A stretch of DNA of 64,000 nucleotides. Origin: Microgenomates group bacterium (GTDB lineage Bacteria; Patescibacteriota; Microgenomatia; Daviesbacterales; UBA10151). Shown here piece after piece: positions 31,879 to 39,448 of the stretch; positions within the stretch are counted from its first letter, which is position 1; every line of letters starts with the position of its first letter. The position numbers and the translations under genes were made by a program. Under the pieces are notes generated by a model. That model saw nothing but the letters and a program-made list of their open reading frames with translations. It made no database searches and was not told the DNA's origin. Location of the stretch: positions 880,224 through 944,223 of the forward strand of contig JBAZXP010000001.1 in the NCBI GenBank assembly GCA_041659805.1, in the 5' to 3' direction.

Positions 31879-32583
31879 TTAGTGCTGTGGCGGTACCGTC
31901 AATAAATCGTTCGGCCCACAACGTGGGTTTTGCGGAATAGTAGCAACCGGATTACCAGTACAATAAACCATACCATTAAGTGTCTGTGCGTTAGCTACAA
32001 TGTAATAACGTTGACTATCATTTGGGTATACCCATGTACCAGAAGCTGTACATGTACTGGCTCCGCCACAATCATTATTAACCGCTACCTGAGTCCAGGA
32101 ACTTGCCAGTGTTAAATTAGATGCTTGATTAGCTACATATACCCATGCTTTTCTGAGATTTACTCCTGTTGCAGTAGTGGTATATGTATTATTTGGTCCG
32201 GAAGATACAGAAGCAGAAAGTCCTGGAAACGGAGAAGGAGAAATTGGAGCTGAAGTTGGTACTTGTGTCACACTAGCTGTGGGTACTGTGGTAGTAGTTG
32301 GATTTGCTGTCGCAGTAGGGGTTACAGAACCGGGTTCTCCATATGGGCCAAAAGGAGAATGAAAAGCTATATCTACATTAGGCGAAGTAGTTCTACAACC
32401 GCTAGTATCACAAGTAACGCCTGTCCCACCAAAAGTAATTGCCTCACCTGCAGCCCTGGAGCGAAGTCTTTGTTGCTGTTGAACTAAATAAACGCTTAGA
32501 GGAACTGCTACAACTACTAAGATTAAAACAACAGCAGCTATGATATTTCTTCGAGTTAAAAAGGATTTTATAGAGTCATTCAT
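31879..32583 (-). CDS. surface protein with a conserved N-terminal TM + QQQQRLRSRAAGEAITF motif, a T/P-rich linker and a Cys-containing C-terminal domain
   Basis: First gene of the cohesin/dockerin operon. It is a paralog of the 89-aa product. Confidence 0.55.
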   Translation of the reverse strand: MNDSIKSFLTRRNIIAAVVLILVVVAVPLSVYLVQQQQRLRSRAAGEAITFGGTGVTCDTSGCRTTSPNVDIAFHSPFGPYGEPGSVTPTATANPTTTTVPTASVTQVPTSAPISPSPFPGLSASVSSGPNNTYTTTATGVNLRKAWVYVANQASNLTLASSWTQVAVNNDCGGASTCTASGTWVYPNDSQRYYIVANAQTLNGMVYCTGNPVATIPQNPRCGPNDLLTVPPQH

Positions 32584-32635
32584 GTAAAGTAGGGCATTAG
32601 ATCCAGATTAGAGCAAAAGGACAACGATTGTCAAG

Positions 32636-32772
32636 CACAGTTCAGCAAATCAGCAGTTCAGCAAATCGGCAAATTCAGCGAGTCAGCAAGACAGAATGTC
32701 AAATGAGTGGTTTATATTGTACGACAAGACATCAGTAGATCAGCATGTCGGCGAATCGGCAAATTCAGCAGA
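32636..32772. repeat. iteron-like degenerate direct repeats (cagcaaatc[a/g]gcaaattcagcgagtcagcaag family) in a divergent promoter region
   Basis: At least five tandem or dispersed copies are visible. Inverted copies lie at 33163-33203 and 33961-34030, and a related copy inside gyrA at 24568-24616. Confidence 0.6.
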
Positions 32773-32801
32773 GTAATAGATCTGATAATATATAAATTAG
32801 C

Positions 32802-33152
32802 ATGATAAAAGATGTGACAGATTTGGAGGTTTACAAAGAATCAATGTATTTGTTGCATGAAGTAAATACTTTAACAAGTTTAATCTCACAAACAGAAAAG
32901 GATTTGATCTCGCAGATTAAAAGAGCCTCGAGATCTATTCCTGCAAACTTAGCAGAAGGGTTTGCAAAAAAATCTTCTACAAAGGAATTTAAGCGCTACC
33001 TGATGATCTCCTTAGGCTCAAGCGATGAACTTATAACTCATTTCAGGGTCTTAATAATAATTAATCCAGGTTTACAAAGTCAGTCCGAAGATATTTTAAA
33101 AAAATACCAAATTTTATCTAAAAGACTTAACGTCCTATACCACAAATGGTAG
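32802..33152 (+). CDS. four-helix-bundle protein of the 23S rRNA intervening-sequence / DGR Avd (accessory variability determinant) family
   Basis: SQIKRASRSIPANLAEGFAKKSSTKEFKRYLMISLGSSDEL matches the family signature (SQ..RAa.Si..NIAEG..r.s..ef..fl.iA.GS..E). Confidence 0.75.
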   Translation: MIKDVTDLEVYKESMYLLHEVNTLTSLISQTEKDLISQIKRASRSIPANLAEGFAKKSSTKEFKRYLMISLGSSDELITHFRVLIIINPGLQSQSEDILKKYQILSKRLNVLYHKW

Positions 33153-34031
33153 TTTTTATTAATACTGACTCGCTGAAACTCCGATCTCCCGATACTCTGA
33201 AGCTCCGTAGCCACGAGACCCTAGAAGGCCCCTAAAACGGCCGGAAAGCAGGGAAGTGGTATGGTAAGCTATCTAAAGATTAGGTTGTCCTAAAGCCCCA
33301 AACTCATTAGAGGCAAAACATAAGTAAGACGAAAAATTAGTGGACAAATTATCAGGAAAAAGTGGCAAAAATAGCACGAATAAAACCGGCTTAAAAATCT
33401 ATAAAAAAATCATTCATGCGCAAATTTATGGATTTATACCTCTTCCCTTAAGCGTGTGTCCGTCGTCGCATAAGATACATTGTACGACTAGATAATTGGG
33501 AAGTATAATCAAAATGCATATTCCCGGGAGTGGAGTTAAACATACACTAAGAGAGGGGCGTGCTTCTGTTCCTCTTAACCAGTCCTTGCCATAGATATGA
33601 ACAGAAGCTATTTACTCTCTCCTCCATTCATGTAGATCCTCTTTTTTCACGCGTGAAAACTCAATTAGCACTAACTATATCATTTTGACAGTATTAGCCT
33701 CAAAACAGAGTACTCTACCCTCAAAAATATTAAAGAAAATTGCTATTTTTTGAGGCTAAATCGAAGCTAAAAATTAAACCCAGAAGAGTACTATACCCTA
33801 TAGTTTTAGCTTCAAAGTTATCCACAGTTTATTCTCTATCTGTATCAAACTATATCAACTATACTACCCTATAGTTTTTATGTTCGGGTTTTGTTCAATA
33901 CTATCAAACTATATCATTTAAACCTAAAATCACCATTTCTCTCTCCTCCACTTTCTTTCTGATTTTGCCGATTCTCTGATACTTCGACTCTTGCTGATTC
34001 TCTGACCCCGCCGATACCCCGATATTCTGAA
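33153..34031. other. ~880-bp ORF-free region rich in repeats and stem-loops; possible ncRNA or decayed element
   Basis: No ORF of 60 aa or more in any frame. Stem-loops at 33719-33755 and 33763-33813. Direct repeats aactatatca (x3), taccctatagttttt (x2) and agagtact[c/a]taccct (x2). Terminal inverted copies of the 32636-32772 repeat family. Confidence 0.4.
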
Positions 34032-34871
34032 CTATCCTGTCCAGGAAGTTGTGATTAATGCAATTAAAAATATTCCCAATCCAAATCCAAGAAATAACCA
34101 AATATCTACTTCGGTAATCCTCTCTTTCAAAGTATGAGTCGCTATCCCCAATGTTACATAAAGTCCTGTTGAAACAATTAAGGATGACATTGGCTTGGCA
34201 ATCGGCCAAAACGACAGAGCAATTGCCATCTCCCCTATTATTAAGGCTAAAACAGCTGAGTAAACTAAAATAAAAGCACTTATACCCTCCATATCCAGAG
34301 ACCAAATCACCTGTAAAATTAATGGAAATCCAATTAAAAATACCGCTAACCCATTCCAAATAAAAAATAAATTTAAAGAAAATACTACGTTGAACAACAT
34401 AAAAGCAGTTATAAGAGTTAGCACGAAAACCGTTGTTGAAGCCACTCTATATAAAGGAATAGTTCTGATGGAAGCCACATTAAACACATTTTGTGAAAGT
34501 AGCAAAGTATAAAAAACTAGGCCAAAGGCAAAAGCCACTGGTAATCTGGTAAGCCATCTGACCGGCAAAAGAAAATAATAGCTGGCAACAGCCAAAGTAA
34601 ATGCCATCGGGAGTATCATTAATATAATTGCTTTCAAGCTATTTAAACCTTCCCATAAAGCCCAAATTGATAGGACAAAGGAAAGTAATGCTAACCCTAC
34701 AATAAAGCGGTTTGTTAAAAAAACCGGCACTAATTGGGTTGATAAAAGCCCCAAGGAAAGTATGATAGAAACTAAAATAATTTTATGCCTTTTTTCAAAA
34801 GATAATTTCTCACGGGTTAGGGTAAGGAATATTTTTATTAGAAAATCACTGAATCTAAAAATTAAATTCAT
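34032..34871 (-). CDS. polytopic membrane protein (hypothetical)
   Basis: About 8 TM helices. Co-oriented and overlapping with ruvC (4 nt). Confidence 0.5.
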   Translation of the reverse strand: MNLIFRFSDFLIKIFLTLTREKLSFEKRHKIILVSIILSLGLLSTQLVPVFLTNRFIVGLALLSFVLSIWALWEGLNSLKAIILMILPMAFTLAVASYYFLLPVRWLTRLPVAFAFGLVFYTLLLSQNVFNVASIRTIPLYRVASTTVFVLTLITAFMLFNVVFSLNLFFIWNGLAVFLIGFPLILQVIWSLDMEGISAFILVYSAVLALIIGEMAIALSFWPIAKPMSSLIVSTGLYVTLGIATHTLKERITEVDIWLFLGFGLGIFLIALITTSWTG

Positions 34872-35419
34872 TTTGCGACTAATTTTAAAACATGACAGAT
34901 GGCAATAGCAAGTGCATCCACTGCGTCATCGGAAAATTTCTTATCTCTTCTTTTTAAACCAGACATAGGCTTTAAAAGTTCTCTGGTTTTATTTCCATTT
35001 TTACCCAAAAATTTTCTAACTCCTTCGTGAACTTCTTTCTTATCAGCTCTTCCCCCACCTGCTACCATTAATTTAACCTGAGGGCCTGTGTATTCATGAA
35101 TAGGTATATTTCTCATCCCCGCAGATAACATTATGACTCCCCTGGCCTGACCGACAGATATTGCTGTTCTGGTGTTTGATCCGAAAAATAACATCTCAAT
35201 TACAATCATATCAGGATTAAAATTCTCTACAATTTTTTCCAGTTCATGGTGTAATACCACCAACCTTTTTTCCATCACCTGATCTTTTTCTGTAGTAATA
35301 AAACCGTAATCTACAAGTTCTATATCATAGTTAAATTCCCGTTCCAAAATATCATCAGGAATTTTAATCAAACCATAACCGGTAGTGGCTGTCCCCGGGT
35401 CAATGCCTAAAATTATCAT
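34868..35419 (-). CDS. ruvC: crossover junction endodeoxyribonuclease RuvC
   Basis: MIILGIDPGTATTGYGLI N-terminus with an RNase H-like fold. Confidence 0.85.
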   Translation of the reverse strand: MIILGIDPGTATTGYGLIKIPDDILEREFNYDIELVDYGFITTEKDQVMEKRLVVLHHELEKIVENFNPDMIVIEMLFFGSNTRTAISVGQARGVIMLSAGMRNIPIHEYTGPQVKLMVAGGGRADKKEVHEGVRKFLGKNGNKTRELLKPMSGLKRRDKKFSDDAVDALAIAICHVLKLVAK

Positions 35420-35422
35420 AAA

Positions 35423-36166
35423 TTAAGTGAGAATCTCAAAATTTGCCCAAACTTTATGGATATCATCATGATCTTCTAGTTTTTCTGCAAAGTTCATCAC
35501 CTTTTCTGCTATAGCTTCATCTTTTATTTCCACTAAAATATTTGGTTTAAAAATTATTTCAGACTCCTCAATCTCATATCCGGCCTGAGTAATTTTTGTA
35601 CCCATAGTATTTAGTTCCAGGCTTGTTACATATACTAAATACATTTGCTTTCCTTCGTCCAAATAATCTTCAACATCCTCGGCTCCAAAATCTATAAGCT
35701 CAAGCATTTCATCATCCACACTTTTCCCTTTCCCCTTCACCCTTACCTCTCCCTTTTTATCAAACATGTAAGATGTGGAACCATTTGCTCCCAACACTCC
35801 CCCGTTTTTATCAAATATAAATTTAATTTCCTGGTTAGTTCTTAAACGGTTGTCCGTTACACCTTCAAGTAAAAATGCTACTTTACCTGGCCCAAAACCT
35901 TCGTAAACAACTTCCTCCAGTGTTTGGCCCGGTAACTTTCCCAAGCCTCTGTCTATAGCCCTCTGAACGTTTTCTTTGGGCATGTTAACTTTTTTAGCTG
36001 CTTCCAGTTCCATCCGAAGTCTGGGGTTAAAATCCGGGTCTCCGGAATTTCCAAGCCTGGCTGCGATAGAAATTGCATTTGCTGTTTTAGTAAAAGTTGC
36101 AGAACGTTTTATATCGGCAACGCCTTTAGCGCGCTTGATGGTGCTCCATTTGCTGTGTCCTGACAT
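35423..36166 (-). CDS. yebC: YebC/PmpR family DNA-binding transcriptional regulator
   Basis: MSGHSKWSTIKRAKGVADIKRSATFTK signature N-terminus. Confidence 0.9.
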   Translation of the reverse strand: MSGHSKWSTIKRAKGVADIKRSATFTKTANAISIAARLGNSGDPDFNPRLRMELEAAKKVNMPKENVQRAIDRGLGKLPGQTLEEVVYEGFGPGKVAFLLEGVTDNRLRTNQEIKFIFDKNGGVLGANGSTSYMFDKKGEVRVKGKGKSVDDEMLELIDFGAEDVEDYLDEGKQMYLVYVTSLELNTMGTKITQAGYEIEESEIIFKPNILVEIKDEAIAEKVMNFAEKLEDHDDIHKVWANFEILT

Positions 36167-36197
36167 AACGTTTAGATATTACTGTATATATTTGGGA

Positions 36198-36227
36198 TTG
36201 ACAAGGTACTCAAAAAACCGATATACT
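36198..36227 (+). promoter_or_regulatory. sigma70-like promoter (TTGACA-18-TATACT)
   Basis: Consensus -35 hexamer. It sits 10 nt upstream of the ATG at 36237. Confidence 0.45.
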
Positions 36228-36236
36228 CGTTCCTTG

Positions 36237-36980
36237 ATGACTAATGATTCCACTATCGAATTACAACAACTGGCAATTAAAGCTGCTTTAAACTCAAACT
36301 GGCAACAAGCAATTGATTTTAATTTACAAATTTTAGAAGAAGAACCCAAAAGTGTTGAAAGCTTAAACCGTCTTGGAAGAGCTTATTTTGAAATAGGAGA
36401 ACTTGCTAAATCAAAAGAATCTTTTGATAAATCCTTGGAAATTGATCCGTACAATCAAATTGCAGCAAAATTTATTAAACGGATCGAAACATGCAAGAAA
36501 AAAGGATCAAAAAACATAAATACACTCGGCTCCAGTCATAACTGTGCGCAAGTTGACAGTGATCTGTTTATTGAAGAACCGGGCAAAACTAAATTAGTTA
36601 CCCTTTTAAAGGTTGCAGAACCACAAAAACTTTCATTACTGTCCCCTGGTGCTTTAGTCAATTTGAATATTAAAAATAAAGTCGTTGCTATTAATGACGC
36701 TGACGGAGAATATCTTGGTGTTCTACCGGATGATTTATCCCGCCATTTAGTCAGACTAATTCATGGTGGTAATAAATATCAGGCAATTATTAAGACTGCC
36801 AAAATCAATGGCTTAACAATTTTAATCAGGGAAACATATCGCTCTGCCAGATTTAAAAACCAACCTTCATTTTTGGATAATCTGAATATGGCTCAAACCT
36901 ATTCTTCTGATAATATCGTAATTTTAGATGAAGGCGAAGAGGATGCAGGCACTGATTCAGATGAAGAAGAAAGAGCTTAA
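36237..36980 (+). CDS. TPR-repeat protein with an acidic C-terminal tail
   Basis: Start reset to MTNDSTIELQQLAIKAAL. The upstream part of the track ORF overlaps yebC on the opposite strand. TPR-like helices are present and the C-terminus is EGEEDAGTDSDEEERA. Confidence 0.5.
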   Translation: MTNDSTIELQQLAIKAALNSNWQQAIDFNLQILEEEPKSVESLNRLGRAYFEIGELAKSKESFDKSLEIDPYNQIAAKFIKRIETCKKKGSKNINTLGSSHNCAQVDSDLFIEEPGKTKLVTLLKVAEPQKLSLLSPGALVNLNIKNKVVAINDADGEYLGVLPDDLSRHLVRLIHGGNKYQAIIKTAKINGLTILIRETYRSARFKNQPSFLDNLNMAQTYSSDNIVILDEGEEDAGTDSDEEERA

Positions 36981-36983
36981 GTC

Positions 36984-37748
36984 CTAGTTTAACAAATCTT
37001 TTATATCCTCAATTGTTACCACAAAATGCCCACCCTCTTTATTCAAAGTATTTTGAGGTAAAGCTCTTTTTTGATAATGTTTCAATATTTGTATTGTTGA
37101 AAAAGCCTGTGGAACAGTAACCAGATTTGTATTTTTCACTTTTTCATCTATCTCAGATTTAATCATCCTGGCTTTGCCATCATCACCGGTTATTACAACA
37201 ACTCTAATTAAGGTTTTAAATAAAATCTGCAAGCCATCTCTTTCACACTTTGGCTGGGTAACTACCTGCCACCATAGCTCCTCTGAATCAGACAAATCAG
37301 CAGAAACTTCCTTCAAACCTAAAATTGGATCATCTTTTCCTTCGTATTCTAAAGGCTTATCCTCTTTCCGGAAGTCCTTAGAGCTAATTTCCCAGGCTAA
37401 AACGCCTTTGGGAATTGTGTCACCATATTTTACACTGTAGTCTTCCAATTCTACCAAGTCCAACTGAGTGATAAATTGTTTTAAAATCACGGTTGGCCCG
37501 TAAACCACCAATGCTTTTTTAGAACCTTTATACAACCTTTCAAAAGATACAATTAATCTTTTCTGATTGATGATTTTATCTATTTTTTCTAAAATTTCCT
37601 TATTTAAACCTGCTTCGTTTTTGACCAAGTATAAAGAATAAACAGTATCTGAATGAATAGGCATGCTGGCATAATCGCGCATAGACCTTAAAGCTAAAAT
37701 CAGAGAAGCCACAATAATAAAACCGAATAGAATAACCCAAATGATCAT
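36984..37748 (-). CDS. hypothetical membrane-anchored protein
   Basis: N-terminal TM; no recognisable motif. Confidence 0.45.
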   Translation of the reverse strand: MIIWVILFGFIIVASLILALRSMRDYASMPIHSDTVYSLYLVKNEAGLNKEILEKIDKIINQKRLIVSFERLYKGSKKALVVYGPTVILKQFITQLDLVELEDYSVKYGDTIPKGVLAWEISSKDFRKEDKPLEYEGKDDPILGLKEVSADLSDSEELWWQVVTQPKCERDGLQILFKTLIRVVVITGDDGKARMIKSEIDEKVKNTNLVTVPQAFSTIQILKHYQKRALPQNTLNKEGGHFVVTIEDIKDLLN

Positions 37749-37785
37749 AATAACCCCTATATAATACCATAGAGGCTAGCCTGGA

Positions 37786-38937
37786 TCACTTTTGATACTT
37801 TAGAAAGGAGTCTTCTCCTAAAATGATAGTAATATCGGCCCGCGATGAATCGAGAGATACAGCATCAGAAGCACAAGCTTCACCCTGGTCTAAACCAAAT
37901 AATGGAATCTTTTGCCAAAAGGAAGAAGTTTTGGGTTGCGGACAATATAGATTCAATGCCTTAGAAATATAGTTTGAGGTATAGCTTTTTTTAGAAATAA
38001 TCGTGCTTTTGCTAACTTTATCAAGATGATTAGATGTGAAAATCACTCTGCCACCCATATTAGTCAATACTCTCGCAGCTCTTTCGGCCAAACCAGGAAC
38101 ATCGGTCGCATTAAAAATTCCAATTGATAATCCTTCTTTTTTAATCTTTTCAGTTTCAAAATAACCAACTTCAAATTGATCCAACTTAATTTCATCAATC
38201 GCAATCACCCTACTACCATCAGGCAAAAGCAACCATTTTGTTAGTTCTGATTTTTCTAAATCAATTGTTTTAATCTTGTCTCCCCTAACCTCTTTTATTG
38301 CCCACCAAACTTTAAAAAACTCTACTAAGTTAAGATCTGTCTTTGCTTTTGACAAAATATCAATTCCGGGCAAAAAGCTAGCTCTTTCTGAGTTAATTAA
38401 ATCAGGCAAGCTTTCCCGTTTATCATTAAAGATTAAATAACCGTCTGCCAAAATATCAAAAGAAATATTAATTGAGTCTCTTAAAAGATACGGTCCCATC
38501 GGTGGTTTTTCTGCCTGTCCCAAATCATAGATACTGCGCATAGGCCAGTTTCCAAAACCGTATGGCACATCCAAATTCAAATCTTCAGGAAATTTAATTA
38601 TGGTTAACTCTTTTCCCGCTGGCTGATATGATAAAAGATAAGAATTATCCATCTTTACCACCAAATTGAAATCACTTTGTCCATCCCAGGAATTTAGTTT
38701 AGGATGATTATTTATTGATAGCTGCGGATTTAAACCACCTAAAAATCCAAATATTTTTCCGAATATAATCAGCGCAATTAAGAAAAATATTGCTGTTATC
38801 CCCAATGCAATTGGGTTATTCGAACGCGTTGATTTTATTTTTTTCTTTTTAGGAGTTGCCGCAAGACGAATCGAGGCTTTTCGTTCATATTTTTTCCAAT
38901 TTAAAGTAGCAGTCTTTTTCCGGGCAGGCTTAGACAT
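37786..38937 (-). CDS. LytR-CpsA-Psr (LCP)-like cell-envelope protein with a LytR_C-like C-terminus
   Basis: Basic N-terminal tail + TM, an LCP-like core (FNLVVKMDN...RSIYDLG), and a C-terminus LSIGIFNATDVPGLAERAARVLTNMGGRV that is LytR_C-like. Confidence 0.5.
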   Translation of the reverse strand: MSKPARKKTATLNWKKYERKASIRLAATPKKKKIKSTRSNNPIALGITAIFFLIALIIFGKIFGFLGGLNPQLSINNHPKLNSWDGQSDFNLVVKMDNSYLLSYQPAGKELTIIKFPEDLNLDVPYGFGNWPMRSIYDLGQAEKPPMGPYLLRDSINISFDILADGYLIFNDKRESLPDLINSERASFLPGIDILSKAKTDLNLVEFFKVWWAIKEVRGDKIKTIDLEKSELTKWLLLPDGSRVIAIDEIKLDQFEVGYFETEKIKKEGLSIGIFNATDVPGLAERAARVLTNMGGRVIFTSNHLDKVSKSTIISKKSYTSNYISKALNLYCPQPKTSSFWQKIPLFGLDQGEACASDAVSLDSSRADITIILGEDSFLKYQK

Positions 38938-38950
38938 AAAAATTGCTTAT

Positions 38951-39082
38951 TTACCTTTCCTTTTTTTCCTTGCTGATTACCTCAGGTGGAGTAAAAACAG
39001 GAGCAAAACCGGTATATGAATCTGAAACATTTTTCTTCTTTTTCTTTTTTTCGCCTTTATAAAAGCTACCAAATGATCCCAT
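38951..39082 (-). CDS. small lysine-rich protein (43 aa), hypothetical
   Basis: ATG preceded by a strong Shine-Dalgarno, aagaaGGAGGTGtgatatATG. Product: MGSFGSFYKGEKKKKKKNVSDSYTGFAPVFTPPEVISKEKKER. It is below the ORF-track length cutoff. Confidence 0.3.
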   Translation of the reverse strand: MGSFGSFYKGEKKKKKKNVSDSYTGFAPVFTPPEVISKEKKER

Positions 39083-39104
39083 ATATCACACCTCCTTCTT
39101 TGTG

Positions 39105-39299
39105 TCACATAAACAAATACAACAATACTGTCATTAAAAGTAAGGCAATACCGGAATATAAAGTTAATATAGGTGTAAGTTGTATTAAACCCATACCAGC
39201 CAGTGTTAAAAGAAGACCTGAGACTCCTGTTAATACAATTAAGATTACCTTTTTGAACCTGTTAAATAAATTCTGTAAAGAAAATTTTATTCCATCCAT
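39105..39299 (-). CDS. small membrane protein (64 aa), hypothetical
   Basis: Two predicted TM helices. It lies directly upstream of the 43-aa ORF and the LCP gene. Confidence 0.3.
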   Translation of the reverse strand: MDGIKFSLQNLFNRFKKVILIVLTGVSGLLLTLAGMGLIQLTPILTLYSGIALLLMTVLLYLFM

Positions 39300-39448
39300 A
39301 TTATAAGTTTAGAGTAAAAGTCATCTTCAAATCAAGTATCAGTCACAAATTTAGATTAGTTAGCTGTACACCTCTCAGGTGTACAATGCGTACACCTGGC
39401 AATTTAGCTACACAAACCGAAGACTGGGTCTCCATCCAGAATTATTTT

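Noticed and set aside
31879-32583. DGR variable region at the C-terminus of the surface-protein genes
   Set aside because: I could not find a ~100-bp near-identical partner for any 3' end in the ORF-free region by eye. This needs a computational TR/VR search, so it is mentioned only as a test under the Avd finding.
33660-33930. Possible CRISPR array suggested by the recurring short motifs (aactatatca, taccctatagttttt)
   Set aside because: The repeats are 10-15 nt, unequal and irregularly spaced. There are no 25-40-nt identical repeats with unique spacers and no cas genes.
33153-34031. tmRNA, RNase P RNA or an rRNA fragment hosting the four-helix-bundle (IVS-type) gene
   Set aside because: There is no GGUUCGAUUCC-type T-arm, no RNase P GGAAAGUCC or ACAGAAA boxes, and no rRNA-like conserved stretches. 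The region is AT-rich and not rRNA-like.
35976-36236. 5' part of the track ORF 35976-36980 as coding
   Set aside because: It overlaps the conserved yebC N-terminus on the opposite strand. A consensus promoter (36198-36227) and an ATG at 36237 give a sensible shorter gene.
39016-39306. Plus-strand 96-aa ORF
   Set aside because: It has an implausible composition and overlaps a better minus-strand small membrane ORF. No motif.
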